Assembly: GCA_900315575.1 (NCBI GenBank)
Contig: OMZR01000001.1
Coordinates: 16,071 to 80,070 of the forward strand
Length of the DNA stretch: 64,000 bases
Source: an uncultured Veillonellaceae bacterium
GTDB taxonomy: Bacteria > Bacillota > Negativicutes > Selenomonadales > Selenomonadaceae
Direction: 5' to 3'
The translations under genes were made by a program, and so were the position numbers. Each line of letters begins with the position of its first letter. Within the stretch, counting starts at the first letter, position 1. Under the pieces are notes generated by a model. That model was given only the letters and a program-made list of their open reading frames with translations, was not told where the DNA came from and made no database searches. Positions 1 through 8,241 of this stretch are shown here, piece by piece.

Positions 1-1227
1 CACCAAGAGGAAGATGACGATGCCCGCGAGATTTCGCGCGAACGAGCAGAGCGCCGAGGTGCGGCCGTCGGAGAGGGCGGTGAAGAAGCCAGAGGCAAAG
101 AGGTTGAAGCCGCAGAGCAGGAAGCTCAGCGAAAACAGGCGGAAGCCCGTCTCCGTCAGGGCGGCAACGCTGCCGCCCTGTGGCAGGAACAGCGCGACGA
201 GCGGCCCGGCGAGCACTTGCGCCGAGGCATAGGCGCCGACGCCGGCGATGGCGAGAATCGTGAGTGCGCATTTCAAGAGGTGCAGCAGCTCGCCGTCATG
301 CTTTGCACCGTAATGGTAGGAGAACACGGGTGCGACGCCATTCGAGAAGCCGACGAGGAAGCTTGTCAGCAGCATTTCGGCGTAGAGGATGACGCAGATG
401 GCTGCGACACCGTCCTCGCCCGCCCAGGCGAACGTGATGAGGTTGAAGAGGAACGTCGTAATGCCGACGGAGCACTGCGTGACCATTTCTGAAATGCCAT
501 TTGAAGCGGCCGACGCGAGCACGGAAAGCTCAGCCGTGAAGCGCGTGAAGCGCAGCGTGCGGCTGAAGCGCAGGAAGAACACGAAGCCGAGCGTTGCCGC
601 GAGCAGGTCGGCGAGCCCCGTCGCGAGGCCTGCGCCGAGAATGCCGAGATCCATGTGGGCGAGGAAGAGGTAGTCGAGCGCCGCATTCGTCACACCGCTC
701 GCGACAGCCACGAGGAAGCCGAGTCCTGCGCGGCCGTCTGCAATGCAGAACGTATCAAAGAGAATGCTGACAGCCGCAATCGGGAAGAACGGCAGCAGAA
801 CGCCGAGGTAGGCGCGGCAGTCCGGCAGCATTTCCGGGCTCGCGCCGAGGAACGCGAGCACCGGGCTGAAAAAAGCCCACAAAAAGAGCGCGAACACCGC
901 ACCAATCGTGAACGTCGCCACCGTGATCCATGTGAACCTCTGCCGCGCGAGCAGCGGCTGGCCTTCGCCGAGCGTTTTCGCGACGAGCGCCGAGCCGCCG
1001 GATGCGAGCATGATGGCGAGGCCGTAGAGGAGGTTGATCGCGGGATAGACGATGTTCGACGCAGCGAGCGCCGACGCGCCGGCATAGCGGCCGATAAAGA
1101 TGCCGTCCGTGACGGAATAAAGGGAGATGACGAGCATCATCCCGATGGAAGGAGCCGCGAAGCGCAAAAGGCCGGTCGCCGTGAATCTCTGCGCGAGCGG
1201 CGTCATACAGTGTTGGGTTGCTTTCAT
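1..1227 (-). CDS. MATE family efflux transporter (C-terminal part runs off the window)
   Basis: This frame is absent from the ORF track because it stays open to the window edge. My translation from the ATG at 1227..1225 gives MKATQHCMTPLAQRFTATGLLRFAAPSIGMMLVISLYSVTDGIFIGRYAGASALAASNIVYPAINLLYG..., which is hydrophobic throughout and a typical MATE N-terminus. The listed overlapping ORFs are Arg/Ser-rich off-frame artefacts. Confidence 0.8.
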   Translation of the reverse strand, partial: MKATQHCMTPLAQRFTATGLLRFAAPSIGMMLVISLYSVTDGIFIGRYAGASALAASNIVYPAINLLYGLAIMLASGGSALVAKTLGEGQPLLARQRFTWITVATFTIGAVFALFLWAFFSPVLAFLGASPEMLPDCRAYLGVLLPFFPIAAVSILFDTFCIADGRAGLGFLVAVASGVTNAALDYLFLAHMDLGILGAGLATGLADLLAATLGFVFFLRFSRTLRFTRFTAELSVLASAASNGISEMVTQCSVGITTFLFNLITFAWAGEDGVAAICVILYAEMLLTSFLVGFSNGVAPVFSYHYGAKHDGELLHLLKCALTILAIAGVGAYASAQVLAGPLVALFLPQGGSVAALTETGFRLFSLSFLLCGFNLFASGFFTALSDGRTSALCSFARNLAGIVIFLLV

Positions 1228-1321
1228 GATAAATCTTTCCTTTCGTGATAGAATCAACTATAATATTTGTATACATCCATCATATCGCATAACTCAAGAG
1301 TTTGTAAAGGGGGAGAACGAG

Positions 1322-1993
1322 ATGAAGACCCAGAAGCTCCTTGCCGTCCTTTTTGCCCTCGTACTCGTTGCCGTGGGAGGATATGCCTATGCAAAGAGTG
1401 CCGAGCGCACGCCGGAGTACGCCATGGAAAAAATCGTGCAGGCCATCCATGACAAGGACGCCGAGACGCTGGCGCGCTACGTCGATACCGAAGGGCTCGC
1501 GGCCGCGAGCTACGACGAGGGCACGGCCATCCTCGCGCGCGACATCGAAAAGCTCCATGCGCTTTATCCGGCCGACTGGTTCTTCCGTCATGACACGGCG
1601 TTCATGAAGGACTACATCGCTGACCGCCGCGACAGCGATCTCGCGCTGATCGGCCGCACGCTGACGTTCTACCTCCAGCCAAAGGAGACGCCCGTCACGC
1701 GCACGGATGGCGAAGCGCACTGGCTCGCGAATGAGTGCCGCAAATTCGAAGACCACTACACGGCGAAAGTCGCGGGCATCGAAGAGAACGGCGGCAATGC
1801 CGTCGCAACCATCGAGATCACAGGTGACGACAGTGACTATGGAAAGCTCGTTCCGAGCCTGACCGTCAAGGCGGAGCTCACACAGCAGGACGATGGCCAC
1901 TATCAGCTCACAAGAATCACGAACGGCGAAGACATCTTCTATCCGATCGTCAAGGGCATTGAAGATTACTGGACACTGCAAGGCTGGCAATGA
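1322..1993 (+). CDS. hypothetical membrane-anchored/exported protein
   Basis: Internal ATG of ORF 1127..1993 preceded by GGGGGAGAA. The N-terminus MKTQKLLAVLFALVLVAVGGYAYA is a signal/anchor. No family recognised. Confidence 0.65.
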   Translation: MKTQKLLAVLFALVLVAVGGYAYAKSAERTPEYAMEKIVQAIHDKDAETLARYVDTEGLAAASYDEGTAILARDIEKLHALYPADWFFRHDTAFMKDYIADRRDSDLALIGRTLTFYLQPKETPVTRTDGEAHWLANECRKFEDHYTAKVAGIEENGGNAVATIEITGDDSDYGKLVPSLTVKAELTQQDDGHYQLTRITNGEDIFYPIVKGIEDYWTLQGWQ

Positions 1994-1994
1994 T

Positions 1995-2633
1995 ATGGTC
2001 AATCCCATGGAACAACATATGAAGCACCGTGCGGAAGAGGCGCTGCGTTTGAACCGGAGCATGTCGTTCTGGCGCCGCCTGCTCGGCCATACCTGGATGA
2101 TCCTGCGCCACAAATACTGGGTCTTCCACTTCGCCTGCATCGCGGGCATCCCGTGGCAGGGCATCATGCACGACTGGTCGAAATTCTCGCGCATGGAATT
2201 CTGGGAGAGCGTCCATTGGTACAATGGTATCGGCTCGCCGATCTGGCTCTGCAAGATGTACAACCACGGCCTCAGCTACGCCTGGATTCATCACCACGGA
2301 CGCAATCTCCACCATTATGAAGCATGGCAGGACGACTTCGACCACGGCGCGCATCCCGTCGACATGCCGTACCCCTATGCCGTCGAGATGCTCTGCGACT
2401 TTCTCGCTGCCGGCAAAGCCTACGGCCGCGACAAGTTCACGTTCCAGAGCGAATACGAATGGTGGCAGCACAAAAAGGCGCGCGGCGTCGCCATGACCGA
2501 CCATATGAAAGCCTTCGTCGAAGCTGCTCTTGGCGGCCTCGCCCGTACGGAAGATGTCAGCCTGCTGCGGCCGGCCTCGACAAGGCGGCTGTATGAGCTG
2601 TATGTAGCGAATGCCGCAACAACCACAGAATGA
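1995..2633 (+). CDS. conserved hypothetical protein, DUF5662-like His-rich pattern
   Basis: Starts at MVNPMEQH just after the upstream stop. The pattern HDWSKFSRMEF ... HHHGRNLHHYEAW matches my recollection of the DUF5662 family, which is often mis-annotated as catalase. Confidence 0.55.
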   Translation: MVNPMEQHMKHRAEEALRLNRSMSFWRRLLGHTWMILRHKYWVFHFACIAGIPWQGIMHDWSKFSRMEFWESVHWYNGIGSPIWLCKMYNHGLSYAWIHHHGRNLHHYEAWQDDFDHGAHPVDMPYPYAVEMLCDFLAAGKAYGRDKFTFQSEYEWWQHKKARGVAMTDHMKAFVEAALGGLARTEDVSLLRPASTRRLYELYVANAATTTE

Positions 2634-2650
2634 AAGGAAGGACAATCTTC

Positions 2651-3505
2651 ATGAAACTTTTGGACCAAGTCCCCGCTGCTTCTTTTGCCATTGTCGGCGG
2701 CTCCGGCACGCTTTCGAGTGATTTTCCTGCGCGGTCAAAGGACGCGGATGTCGAGATTCTCGCGGACGAGCTGCACTTTGCAACGCCATATGGCGCCAGC
2801 CCGGCCATGCGGCTGTTCTCCGTCGCGGGCAAGCGCGTGCTGACGTGCCGTATGCATGGCTGGCGCTCGGGCGTCACGCGCGCTGATGCCTCGCGGCAGG
2901 TGTTCTGGGTGTTCCGCGAAGCGGGCGTGCGGCGCATCCTCTCCGAGGGCGGCGTCGGCACGGTGAACAAGCTGCTCGATCTGCGGGATTTCATGATTCC
3001 GGACGATTACCTCGATCTCTCGTGCCGCAAGGACGTCATGCTCGATGGCAGGTACCTGCTCATCATGCGCGACGCGCTCTGTCCCGAGCTCCGCAAGGCG
3101 CTGATTTCCGCAACGCGAAAACATTTCGACGGCCGCATTTTCACGCGCGGCACGTATGCCGTGACGGACGGCCGCCACTTCGAGAGTCCGGCCGAGGTGG
3201 CGATGATGCAGGGCCATGCCGACATCGTCGGCCAGAGCATCGCGCCCGAGGTCTATCTTGCACGCGAGATTGGTGCCTGCTATGCAGGGCTCTATTTTAC
3301 GGTCAACTACGGCGAAGGCATTCGCCGCGCCTGGTCGCACGAGGATATGAAAGACATCTTTTACGACGATGCCCCGATGATCGGCGAAATCCTGCTCGAC
3401 ACGATCCGCAGCGTGGATGCCGATGAAAAGCACTGCGAGTGCGAGAGCCTGCGGAAGGAAACGCTGCTGAAGGACGTGTATAACGAAGTTTCCAGCAAAG
3501 GATAA
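2651..3505 (+). CDS. MTAP-family purine nucleoside phosphorylase
   Basis: MKLLDQVPAASFAIVGGSGTLS ... GWRSGVTRADASRQVFWVFREAGVRRILSEGGVGTVN ... FESPAEVAMMQGHADIVGQSIAPEVYLAREIGACYAG. RBS AAGGAAGGA lies 8 nt upstream of the ATG at 2651. An alternative ATG at 2630 overlaps the upstream stop. Confidence 0.8.
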   Translation: MKLLDQVPAASFAIVGGSGTLSSDFPARSKDADVEILADELHFATPYGASPAMRLFSVAGKRVLTCRMHGWRSGVTRADASRQVFWVFREAGVRRILSEGGVGTVNKLLDLRDFMIPDDYLDLSCRKDVMLDGRYLLIMRDALCPELRKALISATRKHFDGRIFTRGTYAVTDGRHFESPAEVAMMQGHADIVGQSIAPEVYLAREIGACYAGLYFTVNYGEGIRRAWSHEDMKDIFYDDAPMIGEILLDTIRSVDADEKHCECESLRKETLLKDVYNEVSSKG

Positions 3506-3528
3506 TTTGTTGGAGGTGGGATGACGTT

Positions 3529-4707
3529 ATGCAAGAACCGGAGACATTCTTATACGGAGCCCCCTTCTCAGAGGGGGGACGGGCCCGAAGGGCGGGGGGA
3601 GTCCCTTGCAGGAAAAAGCAATTTGCAGGCAGTTTCTTCCGCGGGGGCGATATCAAACGACTTTTCGGTGTCCTTTTTTTGATGATGCTGATGATTTCAA
3701 CCACCGCCTGCGGCCGCGAGCCCTATACGAAGACGGCGGTCATCATGGACACGGTCGTCGAGCTGCAGGCGGATGACGGGGAGCAGGAGCAGGCCGTCGA
3801 CGAGGGGCTCGCCTATCTCAAGAAACTCGACGCGCTCGCGAGCCAGAAGGACGGCAGCGATCTTACGGCGCTGCGCCTCGCGGCCGGGACGGGCGAGTGG
3901 GTGCAGGTTTCGCCCGAGATTTATGAAATGCTCGCCTTTTCGAAAGACTGGTCGGAAAAGACGAATGGCGCGTTCGACATCACGACGGGGCCGCTTATCA
4001 AGCTCTGGGGCATTGGCACAGAGAGCGAGCGCGTCCCATCGGACGCCGAAATCGCCGAGGCGCGCAGCCATGTCGGCTGGAAAAAGCTCGAGCTCCGCGC
4101 GGAAGACCACAGCGCCCGCCTGACGGAAGCCGGCATGCGCGTCCACCTCGGCGCCGTCGCAAAGGGCTATGCCATCGACGGTTTGCGCAAGATCTACGAG
4201 AAGCATGGCGTCAAAAACGGCCTCGTGAGCCTCGGCGGCAGCTCGATCTATGCGCTCGGGGAGAATCCGAAGGGCAAGAAGTGGCGCATCGGCATCCGCC
4301 ATCCGCGCGCAGACGACCCGAAGACATATCTCGGCGTCGCGCCGCTCAGCGATGCCGCGCTCTCGAGCTCCGGCGATTACGAGCGCTATTTCGAGCAGGA
4401 CGGCCAGCGCTACCATCATATCTTCGACCCATCGACGGGGCGTCCGGCCGTGACGGGCCTCGAAGGCGTTACCGTCATCGCGCATGGCGAGCATGCCGGA
4501 GAGCTTTCCGACATCCTCACGACGGCGCTCTTCGTGCTCGGCGAGGAAAAGGGCAAGGCACTGATCGAAAGTTGCGGCGAAGACGTGACAGCGCTTTTCG
4601 TGCGGCAGGACGGCACGGTGTTCCGCCTCGGTACGGCCGCGAGCGGCGATTTGCCCGACCTCAGGGGCGTTCTCGAGGACGTCGATGACAGTGTCGCGTG
4701 GGAGTGA
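3529..4707 (+). CDS. apbE: FAD:protein FMN transferase ApbE, lipoprotein
   Basis: Motifs GAFDITTGPLIKLWG, LGAVAKGYAIDG, SSSGDYERYF..DGQRYHHIFDPSTGRP. Lipoprotein signal KRLFGVLFLMMLMISTTAC. The only in-frame start upstream of the signal peptide is the ATG at 3529, which lies before repeat A1, so the first ~42 codons are repeat-derived. Confidence 0.85.
   Translation: MQEPETFLYGAPFSEGGRARRAGGVPCRKKQFAGSFFRGGDIKRLFGVLFLMMLMISTTACGREPYTKTAVIMDTVVELQADDGEQEQAVDEGLAYLKKLDALASQKDGSDLTALRLAAGTGEWVQVSPEIYEMLAFSKDWSEKTNGAFDITTGPLIKLWGIGTESERVPSDAEIAEARSHVGWKKLELRAEDHSARLTEAGMRVHLGAVAKGYAIDGLRKIYEKHGVKNGLVSLGGSSIYALGENPKGKKWRIGIRHPRADDPKTYLGVAPLSDAALSSSGDYERYFEQDGQRYHHIFDPSTGRPAVTGLEGVTVIAHGEHAGELSDILTTALFVLGEEKGKALIESCGEDVTALFVRQDGTVFRLGTAASGDLPDLRGVLEDVDDSVAWE
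3559..3654 (+). repeat. family-A structured repeat, long form (copy A1), inside the 5' end of apbE
   Basis: GCCCCCTTCTCAGAGGGGGG-AC-GGGCCCGAAGGGC-GGGGGGAGTCCCTTGCAGG...TTCTTCCGCGGGGGCGATATC. Same architecture as the copies at 5761, 33298, 35463, 36405 and 43341. Confidence 0.85.
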
Positions 4708-4774
4708 ACCACAAAATGCGAATGAATACAAAAAGCTTGCAGTTTCCACCTAAAAATCCACTACGAACAGGAGC

Positions 4775-5752
4775 ATGACGTCTATGGCCGAACAACCTTC
4801 GACCCCGCCCACGAAAGAAACGTATCCCACCCCGCCCGTTCATGAAACGGAAGCGGAGAATCCCATCCCCGTCGTCCCGGCAGTGAAGAAGACCATCGCC
4901 CAGCACCGCAAGGCGTCGTTTTACATCAAGAAGTACGTGATGATTTTTCTCGGCGCCATCATCGCGTCCATCGGCCTCGAGCTCTTCCTGATTCCGAACC
5001 ACGTCATCGACGGCGGCGTCGTCGGCCTCTCCATCATGGCGAGCACGGTCACGCCGATGTCGTTCGGCTTCTTCCTCGTCGTGATGAACCTGCCGTTCCT
5101 CTATCTCGGCTACAAGCAGATTGGCAAGAACTTCGCCATCGCGACGCTCATCGCCATCTGCTTCCTCTCGGCGTGGTCGGCCGTGTTCGAGACGCTGCCG
5201 CGCGTCACGGAGGATCCGTTCCTCGCTGCCATTTTCGGCGGCATCATCGACGGCCTCGGCGTCGGCCTCATCATCCGCGCGGGCGGCTCGCTCGACGGCA
5301 CCGAGATCGTCGCCATCATCATGGACAAGCGCTCCGTCTTTTCCGTCGGCGAAGTCGTCATGTTCATCAACCTCTTCATCCTTTCGAGCGCGGGCCTGCT
5401 GTTCGGCTGGGACAAGGCGATGTATTCGCTCGTCGCCTACTTCGTCATCTCGAAGATGATCGACGTCGTCATCAAGGGCCTCGACGAAAGCTATGCCGTC
5501 ATGATCGTCACGAACGAGCACGAGGCCATTACGTCCGCCCTCAATGACCGCCTCGGCCGCGGCGTGACGCTCCTCCATGGTGCGGGCGGCTACACGGGTG
5601 ACAGCAAGGAAGTCCTCTACTGCGTCGTCACGCGCCTCGAGGTGGACAAACTCAAAGAAATCGTGCTCGAAAAAGACGAAAATGCCTTCGTCACCATCAA
5701 CGCCGTCCATGATATCGTCGGCGGACGGTTCAAGAAAAAGGCGATTCATTGA
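4775..5752 (+). CDS. YitT family membrane protein (DUF2179 C-terminal domain)
   Basis: IIASIGLELFLIPNHVIDGGVVGLSIM, GGIIDGLGVGLIIRAGGSLDGTEI, and C-terminal YAVMIVTNEHEAITSALNDRLGRGVTLLHGAGGYTG. Confidence 0.85.
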   Translation: MTSMAEQPSTPPTKETYPTPPVHETEAENPIPVVPAVKKTIAQHRKASFYIKKYVMIFLGAIIASIGLELFLIPNHVIDGGVVGLSIMASTVTPMSFGFFLVVMNLPFLYLGYKQIGKNFAIATLIAICFLSAWSAVFETLPRVTEDPFLAAIFGGIIDGLGVGLIIRAGGSLDGTEIVAIIMDKRSVFSVGEVVMFINLFILSSAGLLFGWDKAMYSLVAYFVISKMIDVVIKGLDESYAVMIVTNEHEAITSALNDRLGRGVTLLHGAGGYTGDSKEVLYCVVTRLEVDKLKEIVLEKDENAFVTINAVHDIVGGRFKKKAIH

Positions 5753-5760
5753 TACCCCCA

Positions 5761-5855
5761 GCCCCCTTCTCAGAGGGGGGGAGGGCCGCTTGCGGCGGGG
5801 GGAGTCCCCTGCATGTCATTTGAATATGCAGGACGTGGCTTCCGCGGGTGCGAAC
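5761..5855 (+). repeat. family-A structured repeat, long form (A2)
   Basis: GCCCCCTTCTCAGAGGGGGGG-AG-GGCCGCTTGCGGC-GGGGGGAGTCCCCTGCATG...GCTTCCGCGGGTGCGAAC. Hairpin 2 has stem GCCG/CGGC with a CTTG loop. Confidence 0.85.
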
Positions 5856-5874
5856 TCGTTCAGAGGTGTGACCT

Positions 5875-6555
5875 ATGCAAAAGAAATATTTGATGTTGTG
5901 TGCGGTACTTTCTTTGTTCCTTTGCCTGTTCTCTTCTGTCGCTCTCGCCGCAACAGAGCAATCAGCGAAGCCTCTGCGCCTCGCCCGCGTCCCCCTCGTC
6001 ATCCGCGCGTATTCTGCCGACGCCGAGGTCGAAAACATCATCGAGAACCGTCTCGACCTTGCGCTCCATGTACCGCTCAATGATACGATGCACTACGTCG
6101 AGGAGATCCCGTCGTCCGAGGTCGAGTCTGCGCTGAACGACGTGCTGGCCGATCTCAAGACGCAGCACCGCCGCGTGAAGATGAAGGACGCCATGCAGCC
6201 GCTCGCAGAGAAGCTCGGTGCCGACCTCGTCGTCTGCCCTGTGCTGACGACGTACTATGAACACATCTATTATGGTGGTGGCTGGGGCTGGGATTCTTTC
6301 GATGATATGATGATTCTTGACAGCGGTGCGACGGTGGAGCTCGACGGCTACGACCGCAGCACGCAGGAAAACTTCTCGCAGTCCGCGAGCCGTTATTTCC
6401 ACGAAGGCTACGCCCCGAGCGGCCGCGCGTCCATGCTGGCCAAAGACGCGCTTGAGACCCTCGTCAGCGCGACGGAGATCAACAAGCGCGTCATGCGGCT
6501 GGTGCGGGTAGCAGCAGGCTCCTTCTCTGAGGGAGCTGTCAGCGAAGCTGACTGA
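5875..6555 (+). CDS. hypothetical exported protein
   Basis: Signal peptide MQKKYLMLCAVLSLFLCLFSSVALA. The pattern RVPLVIRAY ... LGADLVVCPVLTTYYE ... ATVELDGYD resembles the CsgG/LpoB-like pattern seen in the 53.7-64 kb operon. Confidence 0.6.
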   Translation: MQKKYLMLCAVLSLFLCLFSSVALAATEQSAKPLRLARVPLVIRAYSADAEVENIIENRLDLALHVPLNDTMHYVEEIPSSEVESALNDVLADLKTQHRRVKMKDAMQPLAEKLGADLVVCPVLTTYYEHIYYGGGWGWDSFDDMMILDSGATVELDGYDRSTQENFSQSASRYFHEGYAPSGRASMLAKDALETLVSATEINKRVMRLVRVAAGSFSEGAVSEAD

Positions 6556-6615
6556 GTAGTCGGGTGCTGTCACCAAGCAAATACAAGAAACGTTGCGTCG
6601 CCTTCAAATTTTCTC

Positions 6616-6644
6616 TTGACAGATGACGTGTAACACTGTATAAT
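6616..6644 (+). promoter_or_regulatory. sigma-70-type promoter of metY
   Basis: TTGACA (6616..6621), 17-nt spacer, TATAAT (6639..6644). Confidence 0.6.
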
Positions 6645-6700
6645 TCCAAACATAGCAATCAGATATGTTTACTGGATGTGAGATACAGGAGGAACGTGTT

Positions 6701-7996
6701 ATGAGCGAAGAGAGAAAGTACCACTTTGAGACGCTGCAGCTGCATGTCGGCCAGGAAGAGGCTGATCCCGCGACGGATGCGCGCGCCGTGCCGATCTACC
6801 AGACGACGAGCTATGTGTTCCGCAACTGCCAGCATGCCGCTGACCGTTTCGGCCTGAAGGATGCGGGCAACATCTACGGCCGTCTGACGAACCCGACGGA
6901 GGATGTGCTCGAGAAACGCCTCGCGGCGCTCGAAGGCGGCGTCGCGGCGCTCGCGTTCGCATCCGGCGCGGCGGCAGTCACGGCAGCCGTTCAGGGGCTC
7001 GTCCATGCGGGCCAGCACATCGTCGCGGCCACGACGATCTACGGTGGCACGTTCAACCTCTTCGAGCACACGTTCCCCGATTTCGGCATCGAGACGACGT
7101 TCGTCGATCCAACGAAGGGCACGCAGGTCTTCGAGGATGCCATTAAGGACAACACGCAGATCATCTACATCGAGTCCGTCGGCAATCCGAACGCGAACCT
7201 CATCGACATCGAGGCTGTCGCGAAAATCGCGCATGCGCACAAGATCCCGCTCGTTGTCGATTCCACGTTCGCGACGCCGTACCAGCTGCGCCCGTTCGAC
7301 TACGGCGCGGACATCGTCGTGCATTCGGCGACGAAGTTCATCGGCGGCCACGGCACGACGCTCGGCGGCGTCGTCATCGACAGCGGCAAATTCGACTGGG
7401 CGGCGTCGGGCAAGTTCCCGTGGCTCGTCGAGAAGAACGTCAGCTACCACGGCCTGAGCTTCGCGAAAGACATTGGCGCGGCGGCGTTTGTCGTCTATCT
7501 GCGTGCGCTGCTGCTGCGCGACACGGGCGCGACGATTTCGCCGTTCAATGCGTTCCTGCTGCTGCAGGGCGTCGAGACGCTGTCGCTGCGCGTCGAGCGC
7601 CATGTCGAGAACGCGCTCAAAGTCGTCGACTACCTCGCGAAGAATCCGCATGTTGAGAAGGTCAATCATCCGGCCATCCCCGACCATCCGGATCACGAGC
7701 TTTACAAAAAATATTTCCCGAATGGCGGCATCTCGATCTTCACGTTTGAAATCAAGGGCGGCGCCGAGGCGGCAAAGAAGTTCATCGACCACCTCAAAGT
7801 CTTCTCCCTGCTCGCAAACGTCGCCGACGTCAAATCGCTCGTCATCCAGCCGGCGTCCACGACGCACTCCCAGATGAGCGAAGAAGAGCTCCTCGCCTCC
7901 GGCATCACCCCGTCGACGATCCGCCTCTCCATCGGCACGGAGCACATCGACGACATCATCTACGACCTCGACCAGGCGTTCGAGGCACTCGATTAA
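6701..7996 (+). CDS. metY: O-acetylhomoserine aminocarboxypropyltransferase / cysteine synthase (PLP-dependent)
   Basis: [85 protein letters not shown] lies 8 nt upstream of the ATG at 6701. Confidence 0.9.
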   Translation: MSEERKYHFETLQLHVGQEEADPATDARAVPIYQTTSYVFRNCQHAADRFGLKDAGNIYGRLTNPTEDVLEKRLAALEGGVAALAFASGAAAVTAAVQGLVHAGQHIVAATTIYGGTFNLFEHTFPDFGIETTFVDPTKGTQVFEDAIKDNTQIIYIESVGNPNANLIDIEAVAKIAHAHKIPLVVDSTFATPYQLRPFDYGADIVVHSATKFIGGHGTTLGGVVIDSGKFDWAASGKFPWLVEKNVSYHGLSFAKDIGAAAFVVYLRALLLRDTGATISPFNAFLLLQGVETLSLRVERHVENALKVVDYLAKNPHVEKVNHPAIPDHPDHELYKKYFPNGGISIFTFEIKGGAEAAKKFIDHLKVFSLLANVADVKSLVIQPASTTHSQMSEEELLASGITPSTIRLSIGTEHIDDIIYDLDQAFEALD

Positions 7997-8018
7997 AAAT
8001 ATTTGGACATACTGAAAT

Positions 8019-8054
8019 GGGACGACCGCAAAAACGCGATCGCCCCGTTTTTTT
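8019..8054 (+). terminator. rho-independent terminator after metY
   Basis: Imperfect GC-rich hairpin GGGACGACCGC/GCGATCGCCCC followed by T8. Confidence 0.55.
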
Positions 8055-8241
8055 TGAGTGAACAACAAATTCTCCATTGCGCAGGTGTTTGTTAATCGTC
8101 TCGTGGTATCCTATGGCAAGCTAAAGAAACCGCGAACAAGAAAGGAAATCGACATGGCAGACGGACACATATTTTCAAGAAAAAGCATTGCTCGTCGGTG
8201 AGCGAACTGTGTGAGAAGTGTGGCGCAATAGGGAGGAGCTT

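Noticed and set aside
6560-6700. SAM (S-box) riboswitch upstream of metY, and likewise upstream of metN at 50569..50620
   Set aside because: The leaders between the promoters and the RBSs are only about 50 nt. They lack the multi-helix S-box core, so there is no room for a riboswitch.
6659-8077. 472-aa minus-strand ORF
   Set aside because: It is exactly antisense to metY, which has unmistakable PLP-enzyme motifs. Its composition is dominated by Arg, Asp and Leu.
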